64,000 nt of DNA, from NCBI GenBank assembly GCA_951406725.2, contig OX597828.1, forward strand, positions 13,144,001 to 13,208,000, written 5' to 3'. The notes beneath the pieces are model-generated. The model did not search any database. It saw only the letters and a program-made list of their open reading frames with translations, and was not told where the DNA came from. Below, piece after piece: positions 24,284 through 36,650 of the stretch. A program made the position numbers and the translations under genes. The stretch is from Octopus vulgaris. Its lineage: Eukaryota. The first letter of the stretch is position 1, and the number at the start of each line of letters is the position of its first letter.

Positions 24284-24593
24284 ATTATTTTTTAAAGAAA
24301 CAATATTTGTTTTCAAACTTGTGTTGTGCCTACTTTTTGGCTGTTTATTGTAGATTCATCCTTTTCATGCAAAGTACCTTTTCCAAGCTGACATTGGTAA
24401 GCCAAGACATCTTTTCAGCAGTATTCTATGATTAGATGCCCTTTCTAATACCAACTGTTGTTTTTCAAGGAAAGTTTGGATGAAACATTTTATTTATTGG
24501 ATCATGAACTTGCACAAAGCTATCAATACAAAGGCAAATGGAGACACATAGAGCCTTCAGTGTGTGCTTTTAATTGTATATATAGTGCAGATG

Positions 24594-24870
24594 TGGATGC
24601 CCAATGGCCCAGTGGTTAGGGCAACAGACTTGCGGCTTCGATTCCCAGACCAGGCGTTGTGTGTGTTAATTGAGTGAAAACACCTAAAAGCTCCACAAGG
24701 CTCTGGCAGGGGGTGGTGGCAATCAGTTGTACTTTTTCGCCACAGCTTTCCCTCATTCTTGTCCTTTTTCTTGAGTAACGCTGCGATGGACTGGTGTCCC
24801 GTCCAGCTGGGGAGAACACATACGTCACAGAAACCAGGTCCATGAGCCTGGCTAGGCTTGAAAAGGGCAA
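24594..24870 (+). mobile_element. SINE family E head with V-domain-like tail
   Basis: Head as 21784; tail contains GCGATGGACTGGTGTCCCGTCCAG. Confidence 0.75.
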
Positions 24871-26956
24871 CGAAATTGGTCGAAAATCGAATATAGTGCA
24901 GATATGGAAGTTATTACTGGCATACCCTAAACACTACAGGAAGCTGTTTTTGAAATTATACTTCAATTTGATTCATTTTAATTATCCACTCATGTACTTC
25001 CTGTTGCTAACCCTCACCTGTTTTGCAAGGTAATATTCTCTACATGTTTATATGGATCGGAAACAAAGAACACTATATGATGGTGGCACTCGTTTACAAT
25101 TATCACAAACGGTCAATACGGTAACACAACAGGCTTTGGTATTTAAGATTCCTTATTTCTTTAATGCCCACAAGGGGCTACACACAGAGGGGACAAAAGG
25201 ATTAAGTTGATTACCTCAACACCAAGGCATAACTGGTACTTAATTTATCGACCCCGAAAGGATGAAAGGCAGTCGACCTTGGCGGAATTTGAACTCACAA
25301 CGTAACGCAGACGAAATGCCGCTAAGCATTTCACCTGGCGTGCTAACATTTGGTCATTTAAGATTCCACTGGAAGTGAACCTGAGGTAAAACCCCATTGA
25401 ACTAGTTAGAATTCTACTGTCATGAGATGGTATTTAAATAGTATTTTTTTTATTTATTTCAGTCACTAGCAGTATAACCTGGCCTTAAGTTACAATTATC
25501 AAGCCGATCAAGTTCTTTATTTCAAACCAAACTAAGTAATATCAACTCTTAACAAAACACTTTTTTACTTGGCATAAAATAAAAACAAAACTCTTTCGCA
25601 CCCAAAGTAATGTGTGAGAGAGGGAGAAGGATGAACGATTTAAAATAAACATATTGTAATTGTGTGAGAAAGTATATATACTATGATTATAAAATATAGT
25701 GTCTTGAACACTATATCTCGTGTTTAAGAAAAAACAAAACATTTTACATTTTATTTTTTATGAACGTTGTCACTTGCTCTCTTTGTCCTTCCCGTGAAAC
25801 TCTGCTCCTCTTTCACTTTTCTTTATACTTTTTTTTTTGTTAGACGCTGTCAAAAAGCTATGGCTAAAAATAAGTTGACAAAACCCAGATAGGATGTTGA
25901 CGAATGTCCTCCTAAAATTGGAGCGACATGCATAAATTACAATCACGTACACACATGCCTTTTAGATATGATGGAAACACCACAGCTTGAAGAACATCTT
26001 AGTTGAATCAATCGACACCAGCAATTACATTTTTTAAGCCAGGTACTTATTCTATTAGTCATCACAAACACAGGTGACAGGCTTCTTTCTGTTTCCGCCT
26101 ACCAAATCTACTCACAAAGCTTTAGTCAACCTGAGACTATAAAGGACCCTTGAGCAAAGGTGCCACAGTAGGGACTGAACTCAGTACCATGTGGCAGGGA
26201 CACAAGCTTGTTACCACAGCCACATTGCAACCATCTTGTAGTGACTAGCAACTGATTCTTTGCAAACTTACAACCAACAATACTATTGCTCACATCCAAT
26301 AAAGAACTGCTGAAAATAACTAAAAACCACCGTAACCTGCTTGTTACCATACTCTTGTTGAAAAACCCCCTTCATCTCAGTTAATTCTTAAAATTATGAA
26401 TTTACTAAAATAACTTAAGCTGGTGTCGAACATTTTGATGAAAGATTTTTAGTTCACTTTAAAAATACTAAGTTTGCACTGTAGAACCACAGCTGATCAA
26501 AGGTGGGTTGGTATGAAAAAGGCGTAATATACCAACAAGCCAAAGTGGGTTTAACCTTTCAGCATTTAAATTGGCTGAATCTGCCCTTTCACATCCCCCC
26601 TACAATGTCATTCTAAAAAAAACATCTACAGCAAACTCTTGAAGCTACAAGATAAGTCATGACTAACCCAAGACAATGTGAATAAATAAGCAATAGATTT
26701 GATACAAGGGTTAAACAACTAATCTAAATTCAGTAAGTTTTACTAAAAAGTTGAAACATTTCATGTTTGATGAGAGTTCAAGAGCAAGCTAAACATATCA
26801 GGAATGACTTGAAAACTGAAGAAAACTATAAATATAGGCCATGGAAACCATTTATATGCCTACACAGCTAATAGCACACACATGCTGTAAATGCCTCAAA
26901 GCTGGTGGAATACAAAATGAGTCTTAACAGCAAAGAAACCATTAGAAAATTCTAAC

Positions 26957-27295
26957 AGGCATAGGAGTGGCTGTGATAAGTATCTTGCTTACGAACCACA
27001 TGTTTCTGGGTTCAGTCCCACTGCATGGCACCTTGGGCAAGTGTCTTCTACTATAGCCTCGGGTCGACCTAAGCCTTTGTGAGTGGATTTGGTAGACAGA
27101 AACAGAAAGAAGCCAGTGTGTGTATGTTGTCCCCCCCCCAACATAGCTTGACAACCAATGCTGGTGTGCTTACATCCCTGTAACTTAGTTATTCGGCAAA
27201 AGATACCGATAGAATAAGTCCTGGGGTCGATTTGCTCAACTAAAGGCAGTGTTCCAGCACGGCCAATGACTGAAACAAGTAAAAGAGTAAAGAGA
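26957..27295 (+). mobile_element. SINE family A
   Basis: Full head-to-tail match to the family. Confidence 0.85.
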
Positions 27296-27333
27296 GCACA
27301 AGAAACAGAATTTCTCTTCAGAGAAGAATGATG

Positions 27334-27550
27334 TTAACCCTTTTATTACCATATTAATTTTGAGATGACCTGTGTTTTCACTTAATTTGACATATAAATT
27401 AGTAAAATAACTTAGTTATTAAAATAGTGTTAGGAATATAAATTGTGATTAGGGGTTGGTGGAAGACTTTGATTCAGAACTTACAAAAACAAAACATTTG
27501 TACTAACTACCGAATAGAGGCAGTTTCAGCCAGGTTGGTATTGAAAGGGC
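27334..27550. mobile_element. piggyBac-type MITE (second family)
   Basis: TTAA-CCCTTTTATTACC ... GGTATTGAAAGGG ends; related pieces at 57285-57570. Confidence 0.65.
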
Positions 27551-27553
27551 TAG

Positions 27554-28750
27554 GCCTTTCGATACTAACCTGGCTGTAAAAGTTTTTGGTTCATAAGACC
27601 AACCCGGCCAAACGTACACATTATTATTTAAATGGGAATTCAAGCACAAATCTCATTAGTACATTCGTTAAAAATACGTGATTTCACTTTGTAAACAGTT
27701 GAGTTATAGTATCCAACACTGCTTGATGTGATATCTGAACTCAGTGAATTTTGGGAGATTTTTTTGGCATCTATTCCTTTTCAACTTTGTAAATGTATAT
27801 GAGCTTCATGCTACGAAGCAGTGATTCCGAATTTAAAAGTTTTTCAATGGAAAACATGGAGATATCGAGAAAAAGAATGAATGAGGTACAAAAGCATGTG
27901 GTGTATGAGAATGAATAGGATATTTCTGTATCTGAAACTGAAAGCAGCGATAGCAACAGCAAAGACAATTTTACATCAGAATGAAGTAAAAACTTTTTTA
28001 TTAGCAATTTTCCCGAGGAGATGGAGTCTATCCATAGTCCTTCTTAGGAAGCAAAAATCGTTAGACTATTTTTTTCAGTATGCTTGTTTGAAGTGATCAC
28101 TGCAGAAACAAACAGTATATGCCAGGAAAGCCCATGAAATGGGGGATCAAAGTATGGAAAATTTGTGAAGCAAATACTGGGTACTGCTGTGGATTTAAGG
28201 AAATCCAGGGAAAATAATGTTAGTCAACATGGCCTAGGGTGCGATGTGGTCTGAAATTTATCACTTCCATACCATAACCAGGGTCATATATTATTCTTTG
28301 ACCGAATTTTTTAGTTTGGTCAAACCTATGGTGGATTCCAGTATACTTCACTTTTGTGGTACACCTGTTCTGTTGTACATTAAATTCAACTGATAATCTA
28401 GTGATGTGCACAATTCTTCTATATCAAAATTTTGTTGCATATCCAATTGAATATTAGCTGATGATTCACTTTCGATGGTGATGTTTAAACAAAATTTTAA
28501 TTTTTTACCTCCTGCTCAGTTTACCTAGATTTACCTGTAATTAGAATCACTTTGAGACAAAAGTTATGCAATAGAATTGATTAAGAACCCTTTCTTTTAA
28601 TTATGTTCCAAATATCACATTAATATGTTGATAAGTAAAAAAGGTTACAGTTGTTTAATGAAACTAGTTTAAATTCATGATTATTTTATAATTTAATTGA
28701 AACTCATGAGGGGTGTATTTTGGTCAGAAATATAGTAACAAAAAGATTAA
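27554..28750 (+). mobile_element. Internally deleted piggyBac transposon relic
   Basis: 28110-28200 translates KQYMPGKPMKWGIKVWKICEANTGYCCGF, then after a frameshift HGLGCDVV*NLSLPYHNQGHILFFD: piggyBac catalytic-domain motifs; ends in TTAA. Confidence 0.85.
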
Positions 28751-28926
28751 AGAACATTAATTAGACAATTCAACTACACCAGAGAAATCTTTACCACAGC
28801 CATTCCTGAAGACAGGACTTGTTTATATCCTTCCAAGTTAATTATAAAAAGAAAAACATTCAGTAATAAGCACACCAATGTAAGAGTGAAATCAAGAAAA
28901 GACAAATTATGGGTTTATGAAGTCCA

Positions 28927-28932
28927 TTTATT
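28927..28932 (-). terminator. RPL39 polyadenylation signal AATAAA
   Basis: About 75 nt downstream of the RPL39 stop codon. Confidence 0.7.
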
Positions 28933-29006
28933 TTGGCAATGTTTGAGAAACCAAGAATGTCCAACAAGCAACTGTAACCAAAATGGTAAATGTTTGTTTT
29001 CCATCC

Positions 29007-29055
29007 TTACATCTTCAGCTTAGTACGCCTCCAATGTCTCCTCTTGGCATTGTAT
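29007..29055 (-). CDS. RPL39: RPL39 exon 3 ([15 protein letters not shown])
   Basis: tttcAG acceptor; RRHWRRTKL signature. Confidence 0.97.
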
Positions 29056-32000
29056 CTGAAAGAAATAAAATAAAAAAACATATAGTCATGATCAACTGCA
29101 CAAACCACTATCACCATCTCCTACTTGCAAGGGTAGGACAAACTCTCCCAGCACACACACATATTACAGCTGTTGGTTGTAAACAGTCAAGTTCAACTTC
29201 CATCACTTGCATTATGCAACATATTCTAACTCAACTGTTATGCATCACATGATCAGGTCACATCAATCTGACCCCTGTTATACTCAGTTTTTACCAAGTG
29301 CCATAGTGTTCTGCCATTCATGCTTGCAAACGCTAACCCTTTAGTGTTTAGACTGGCCCTAACCGTCCGAAAATCATTCCCCTCTGTTCAACCCAGCCAA
29401 ATCCGGCCGTATTTGATTTCTCTATGAACTTGCTAAAAAATAAGCAAATCACATCACTGAATCCTCATAGCTTTGAGATAATGCAAGACGAATCCTTTCC
29501 CTGCCTTCATTTAAGTAAAAATACGTTTAATTTGAAACTCCTTGTTTTTTTTAACGTTTGAAGAGAAGAGTCTATCTTAGTTTTTAATGATATAGCACCA
29601 ACAAGTAGCAATCCTAACTTTGAAGGTTTTACTCTCGATGTACAAAATATAAATGAAAGCAACAATGATTTGTCTTTGGATATATCATATTGAAATTCAT
29701 GAATCTTCATCAGACGAGGAAGATTTTGATAATGAAAGTGACATCAAAAACATTATGGCAACATGGTTGAAGATTACTACATCAACAAGAATTCCCAATT
29801 TCACAGAAAAGACTAGTTCGTAATACAGTCAACTTCTCGATGCTCAACCACTGGACTACTTTTTATAATTTTACCGAAAAGTTTTTTCTGAAACTGTTGT
29901 GGAGGAAACAAATGCTCAATGCACAACTCCTGTTCATGGAAGACCAAATCCGCTATGGCAGCCAACTGATACTGCAGAAATGTGAAATTTTTTTTTTTTT
30001 TTTTTTTTACTATAAACATTATGTTTGGTATCAAGCAGCCACCTCAACTGTGGAACTACTGGTACCCTGATATAAAGTATGGTGATCCATGTTTCCAGTA
30101 TTATGTCTAACTAGTTATTTCAGGTTGACATCACATCTCTAGTTACATGAAAGCTTTTCTTCCAGAAAGCACAGAACTAGAAGAAAGGCAACATTAACTG
30201 AGGTGGATGTCAGAGAAAATATTAACTTTCATAAAATGGAAGCAAGATAGAAAAACTGCAAAAGGACATCAGGTCGAGATCCCATATATGTGTTTGTTTT
30301 GCAAAGTGCCCTTGTGTAAAAGGTGCTTTGGACAGTTTCACGACAGAAATATGGCATAACTGTATTTTGTTTGATGCCGATACTTCGCATGTTCCTTTCA
30401 TTTTATTACAAATAATGTGAAAGTGAGAAATGCATAATTTTCAGTATGTTTCACACTTGTATTTACCTTTGCTTCACCTGTTAACGAGTATTTTTTTTTT
30501 TAGTAGATGCATTCTGTTATGTAAATGTATTCATTAAATTGTATTGGGGTACATAGCCAATGGTATATTGACTAGTAAAATAGTTTTGAACTTTATTCTC
30601 AATGAAAATGGTTTGAATGAAATAGAAGGAAAGAATATAATCTCATACTGATTATACTTGTATTTCAATTAATTCAAATTAATGTACCTCATCTTGAAAA
30701 GTGGCAAAATTGTTGGCAGTGCCAACTGCCAACAATTTCGGGATAAATTTAGTAACAAATCAAACAGGTATGATGCATTAAGGATATCAGTTTATCCATA
30801 ATGCTGTTGCTATTAAGATCAGCTACAATTACATAACCATAATCTACTGGTATATAAACACCCAGACAAAATTTCAACATGATTTCCACAGCCGGATCTC
30901 CTGCATAACAACCATTTTACAGAGAACACTGGAAGCATTTTTATTATGGTACCTGTAGAGAGGTTCCTTTGTCAGACGAAAGACTAGTCTGGCATTATGT
31001 AGCTATTCGTTCAAAACAATGGATTAAAAAAATGACAGAAGAGAATGAAAGAAAAGAGTATTGAGCATGATGAGGGCGGAGAGGGTTAACAAGGAAGACA
31101 ACTGATGGTAAGAGTGAATGATAGCAGCAGAAGGACAGAGAATACATAATAGACTCAATACTATGATTATATGTTACATAAGCAACATTATACAATATAT
31201 AGAAAACTAACCTCGTCGTATTGCCAGTCTTCATTCTCACCCACTGTGGGACAGGGCGATTCTGTTTCATTTTCTTCGCCAACTTCATTTTTGTTCTAAA
31301 AGACTTGTGGGCACCCTATACAAGGTAAGAAAAGCAATTAACAAATTACAGGTGACAAAAAAAGAGAAACATAAAAGATGAGTAGGGAAAAGTAGATTAT
31401 GGTCTATGAAGATGGCTACGGTGAGCAACTTGGACTATTTTGATACAATGAATGATATAAAAATGCTAAATGGAGAAGTCATCAGCTATTCATCTCTCAT
31501 ACATTTACCAAGTTTTCATTGAAGAGGCAAATGAATTCTCTCTTTCTTTTACTTGTTTCAGTCATGTGACTGTGGCCATGCTGGAGCACTGCCTTTAGTC
31601 GATCAAATTGACCCCAGGACTTATTTTAAAGGTCCCTTTTTTCCGAACCGCTAAGTTACAGGGACGTAAACACACCAACATCGGTCATCAAGCGACGCTG
31701 GGGGAACAAACACAGACACACAAACACATATATACGATGGGCTTCTTTCAGTTTCCGTCTACCAAATCCACTCACAAGGCTTTAATCGGCCCGAGGCTAT
31801 AGTAGAAGACACTTGCCCAAGGTGCCATGCAGTGGGAATGAACCTGGAACCATGTGGTTCATAAGCAAGCTACTTACCACACAGCCACTCCTACGCCTAG
31901 TAGTGAAATTTAAATTAACTTAAACTATTTGAACCTACAAAAACACAGATATGAAGCTGGAAAAGCTGTGGTTGTTACAGTTATACATTCAGCAGAAGTA

Positions 32001-35000
32001 ATTCATCATTAAAACATCAGTAGCAGAACTAGTTTTAAAATTTCATCATCAAATATAACTGCAGCAAAATTCAAAATAATTAGCTAACAAATAAAATAAA
32101 CTCTCTTGTAACAAAAGAGTATTTCAGAAATTCCAGCAGTCCTTACATTGTTTCACACTAAGCCAAAATCTGTTATTTCTATGACTACCAGAGAAGTCCT
32201 TGATTCTGTGATACAAGCGTCATGTTTTAATGTGATCTAAATTAAGATCTCTTATCAAACCACATGCTAATTTGTTCCAAACAGCACTAAATTCTGTTAT
32301 TCTGAATAACTGAAACAAACGCAGCATATTTCAACAAAAATACGTTAACAAAAGGGTCAACATAGAAACAGCAACCAGATCTCTTTTTAATCAATAGTCT
32401 TTTGAAGATCATATCTAGCACAAGGCACATAATGTCTGAAAGGGTTTACAAAACCAAAAAGATACTATTTCACTTTATGGGTGAGTTATGAATATCAAAC
32501 ATGAAAAGGTTTGGTGACAATCCAGAATTTTTTTGAAACAGCATGGAATTAAATTTAGACCTAGATTATTAATAACACCCAATTACCTTCAAGGATAATT
32601 TGCCACAAGAACCTGACTAGGAACAAATGGCATTCAACATATTCCCTAAACATTTAGCATTCAGATCACTATCAAATGTAATGCTTATTTAGTCACATTA
32701 CCGTAAATTAATCATGCGCTTATCTCATAGCTTTGAGATTTCACTGATGCGATTGTTTACTTTAAGGATAGCATTGTAGGCTTAGGTGAAAGGCTGGATC
32801 TGACCAGTTTGAACCAAGCAGAGTATTTATGACAGATATGGCAAGTTTAAATGCTAAAAAGTTATTAAAAAGACACCAGTATAATAATAATAACAATCCT
32901 GAAATTGGGGGGGATGGGACACTAGCCAATTACATTGACCCCAAAAGGATGAAAAAAGTTGACCTAAGCAGAATTTGAACTCAGAACACAGTGACGGGCG
33001 AAATACTGTTAACCACTTCGTCCAGCATGTTAATGATTCTACCAGCTCACTGTCATAATAAAAATAATGATGATTGTTGTAGTCATATTTTCAGAGAATG
33101 TAATCAGCACTAAAACATCAGCAGCAGAACTAGTTTTGAAGTTTCATCATAAAATACAACTACAACAAAGAAACTTTACTATTCCTTCAAAACCACTCAA
33201 TGATTCTAGGCTCCCACACACTAAGTTTTGTGAAACACAGAGCTGATAGAATTCATGTGGTTTAATAAACTTTATTCATAATCCACTAGCAAATATTTCG
33301 CGAATGTGATCCTATTTCACTAACGAGGCATTGGCTGACAGCCAGATGTTACAGAATCAATTAAGCTGTTAGAATGTTGAAAGAAATGCATTGAGGTCTT
33401 TGTTCCAGCTCTCTTGGCCAAATCACATTTGCTTGTCCAAGCCATGCCAAGCATGGAACATCGCCGTTAAATGTTGGCACTTGCCTACAGTGTCATGCAG
33501 TGCAATACAACTAGAAACCGTGTGATCATAAAGTGAAATCCACATGCACATGGCAATACCCACACCTCAGTCATGCAAGGTTCTGCACAGCACCATCACC
33601 ACCTAAACTGGCCATACCTAGCCTCTTGCAACCACCCTACAATGTTATTCTAAAAATAAACAATCATCATCAAAACAAAGCAATGTCAGATAATTTGAAA
33701 CATTGTGAAAAAATAAGCACTATATTCAGAGTAGTCTGAACACCAAAGGGTTAATGTCCACTTTTACATGCTTGTATGGGTTGGATGGAGTTTAACTGCA
33801 GCAGATTTTCTGTAGCTGGATGCCTGTCCTATAACCAAGCTTCAGTTTCTAAGTAATATTTCCCCCGTGGCCAGACATTCTCATAGAATATTGGAATTTT
33901 ACAAGTATCAAAAATGTCAAAACAGAGACACAAACAGAATGGGCTTTTCCAATTTCATCTACCAAATTCACCCATAAGGTTTTGGTCAGCTATAGAAGAC
34001 ACTCCCGCAAGGTGCCACACAGTGGGACTGTTAACTGGAACCATTTGGCTAGGGAAACAAACTTCTGACCACACAGCCACATAAAAAGCATCCAGCACAT
34101 TCTGTAAAGCGGTTGGTGTTAGGAGGCATCCAGCCATAGAAACCGGGGCAAAATCAGACTGGAACCTGGTGCAGCTCTCTAGCTCAAGTCAAAGAGTCCA
34201 CCCATGCCAGCATAGAAAACATGCATCAAATACGTTTTACATTTACTTTGTCGCAATTTAAAGCAGTTAGGAAATACCTGTGCATAGCAGCATTTGATAT
34301 TTCATTGGTGCATTTATTCAGAAAATCAAGACACGATTCACTACAGCCTACCTTCATATAAATGAAAACCCATTCCCACATTTTGGCTTAGTTTCTTTGT
34401 TCACTCTTACATAAATGAACTGAGGGTAAATTCAAACAGTAATAGTTAACTGATTGCAGTGGCCTGAATTTACAAGTTAGAATTGTGTGACTGTTGTAGA
34501 TATATTTTCAGCAAGTCTTGTCATCACTAAAACATCAGCAGCAGAACTAGTTTAAAAATTTCATCATCAAATATAACTAAAACATATCATCACAACTCTA
34601 TCCAAATCAGTGCAATTCTAAATTATTACACCATCAACAACTTGTTCAAATTTGCAAAACAAATAAGGAGAAAAAAAAAGCCCAACTACGGAGATGGTTG
34701 CCAATAGCACAGACATTCATTCATCAATAAAAAAAATCTGATTAGGACACAGTTTAATCCAGTACCCTACAATTCCAAGTTCAAATTCTACTAGGGTCTT
34801 TTATCCTTCACCACGATCAATAAACATCATATCAATTTTTATACAGAAATATCAAAATACATTTGATTATTTTTCAAACAGACAATATATTTTGAAGGTT
34901 CATTAACAGTAACTGTGTGCTCTCATGAGTAGCAATTTTTAACCTATTTTTCTATCCATTTGTTTCATTTACAGTTGGACGCTATCTTTTACCTTTCATA

Positions 35001-36356
35001 ACCTAGTCAAGAAGTTTTACGTCTCTGCATTTTCCCATAGCACCATCACTGCTATTGTAGCGGTTGACCACGATACTGCTACACACAGGCCACTGGGCAT
35101 AACACCAACCTATTCACCGTTCAATATCTCAACAGGTTTTTCTGATGATCAGGAGAGGCTGTAGTGTAAAGTTACTACTGTTGAGTCAAAGTAGTAGTTT
35201 TTCATGTGGCTGCTAAATTCTCCTTAATACGACACACGCACTATGCTTGATAGTAAGTTGACGTGGAACTTAATACCAAGAAACCGAGTCGCGTACGTAT
35301 GCATATGGTAGCATTTGTTGTTTGTTGGCACATGGCATTGGTAAACCGGATAGCAACAAAATAACTATTTCCACGTGTTTCCCAAATACACACACACCTC
35401 TGCCAGCCATTAACTTGTAAGGACATGTTTTTTAAAAAATTAATCCATCTTTCTAAAACCTTGCTCCATTGTTATTTGGACCGTCTTTTATATATATGTA
35501 TATATATATATATTTAAAATGATGGTGAGAAATTAGATATTAACTAACATCAATTTCACACCAGTGGTCTAGCATATAAAAATCTGAAGGTTCAGTATAT
35601 TGTATTATATATGCATGAAAGGGATGACCCTTATGCTATAAGTAGATCCGCTATGCACTTACCACTTAGAAATGTTCTCCAAAAAAATTTAGTAAACACC
35701 AGAACGTAATCGAGCAAGACAAAAGAAAGCAACAAAAATATAGATTAATTAGGTATTAGTGGTAAGACCATAGCGGATCTACTTCTAGCATAAGGGTTGT
35801 CCACATAGTGGTCATCACTCTCATATGTATAAATGGATAGATGGAGCCAAGCTTAAGCCATCAAATTCCGATAGATTAAGTTATATATATAGTAGAAACA
35901 TGCAAAACATTATTAAGTAAGTCGGACGAGGATCCATACTTAGTAAATAGTCTTAAAAGTTCGTCGAGGCGACAACCGGTATACATAGATATTAATTCGC
36001 AATATGAAAGCATGGGGTACAAAAATATATTCCTTTAAACTTTGTATAAAATAGCGTGATGATAATGTATAATTGTTCAGCAGTCTATTTTACATCAGAA
36101 AATGAAATAATTCGAGGAATGAAAAATTTTTTCCTAGATTTATAAATTAATTTACAACAAAGTACAAACGTAATAAACTATCTCGTGGGGAAAATGCAAT
36201 ATATATCTGAGCAAAGTCTAATGAAATTCAAACAAAATTTCTAAAATAGCTACAAATTCTTAATTGTTAAATATTAATTTATAAAAAAAGAGATATTTTA
36301 TAGACAGATGCTTGAGAATTCATAGATAAATTAAAAGATATATCTTAACTCACCAT
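29007..36356 (-). CDS. RPL39: 60S ribosomal protein L39 (eL39), 51 aa; join(36354-36356, 31212-31315, 29007-29055)
   Basis: Spliced [54 protein letters not shown]; canonical splice sites; 156 nt. Confidence 0.97.
29175..29326 (-). ncRNA. Weak candidate H/ACA snoRNA in RPL39 intron 2
   Basis: Hairpin, ATAACA (ANANNA), second hairpin (CAGTTGAGTT/AACTTGACTG), ACA+3 nt; pocket geometry not canonical and no target recognised. Confidence 0.3.
29334..30700 (+). mobile_element. Degraded piggyBac transposon in RPL39 intron 2
   Basis: CCCTTTAG terminus; remnants [33 protein letters not shown] and C-terminal Cys-rich [17 protein letters not shown] (30291-30341). Right end uncertain. Confidence 0.8.
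31212..31315 (-). CDS. RPL39: RPL39 exon 2 (GAHKSFRTK...[17 protein letters not shown])
   Basis: tatAG / GTtagt; KQNRPxPQW signature. Confidence 0.97.
31538..31898 (-). mobile_element. SINE family A
   Basis: Full-length reverse copy. Confidence 0.85.
31984..32054 (-). ncRNA. SNORD38: Box C/D snoRNA, U38 (SNORD38)/snR61-like, copy 1
   Basis: ATGATGA...CTAGTTCTGCTA-CTGA...ATGATGA...CTGA with flanking stem GCAGTTATA/TATAACTGT; guide is complementary to the conserved LSU rRNA AGCAGAACUGG and nearly identical to my recollection of U38 (CCAGTTCTGCTACTGA). Confidence 0.85.
33086..33155 (-). ncRNA. SNORD38: Box C/D snoRNA, U38-like, copy 2
   Basis: C box 33144-33150, guide CTAGTTCTGCTG-CTGA, C' GTGCTGA, D box 33091-33094, long terminal stem TTGTTGTAGT/ACTACAACAA. 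Confidence 0.85.
34503..34572 (-). ncRNA. SNORD38: Box C/D snoRNA, U38-like, copy 3
   Basis: C box 34561-34567, same guide, C' GTGATGA, D box 34508-34511, imperfect terminal stem. Confidence 0.85.
35622..35802. repeat. ~45-bp inverted repeat within a (TA)n-flanked element
   Basis: CCCTTATGCTATAAGTAGATCCGCTATG..CTTACCACT versus AGTGGTAAG..CATAGCGGATCTACTTCTAGCATAAGGG. Confidence 0.8.
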
Positions 36357-36395
36357 CTTTGCCTCTATGCTCAACTGAGTAAGCAACCGGAAAGG
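36354..36395 (-). other. RPL39: RPL39 exon 1 (5'TOP/TCT start, short UTR, ATG only)
   Basis: Reverse strand CCTTTCCGGTTG...GCAAAGATG|GTGAGT; pyrimidine-tract start typical of ribosomal protein genes. Confidence 0.85.
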
Positions 36396-36650
36396 CTAAA
36401 TCAATACAAACGGAAGTAGAATTCGAACCGCACACAACTGGCGTCCGATTGATTTAATTATGAGCATTAAATTTTACGATAGTCATCAAAATCTTGCTTA
36501 AGAATTAAAACATAAATTATTGAAAATTTATTAGAATTGAAATAACTGTGATTGAAATTTTAAATTTATAACACTATTAGTAATCATTCTGCGAGATCAC
36601 TGCGCATCTAGCAACGCGTTGTTGGTGACGTTTTTAACCCGGGACTCTTG
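36385..36650. promoter_or_regulatory. Probable bidirectional promoter RPL39 / AGBL2-like
   Basis: TCT initiator ~36390-36395, ETS-like CGGAAGT 36411-36417, CpG cluster 36590-36643 with RFX-like half-site CTAGCAAC 36608-36615; candidate + strand donor AAG|GTTTGT at 36678. Confidence 0.5.

Noticed and set aside
30995-31288. 97-aa ORF as an extended L39 protein
   Set aside because: It is RPL39 exon 2 reading through the splice donor into intron 2.
33300-33445. Additional snoRNA in RPL39 intron 1
   Set aside because: Terminal complementarity and an ACA are present but no convincing box layout.
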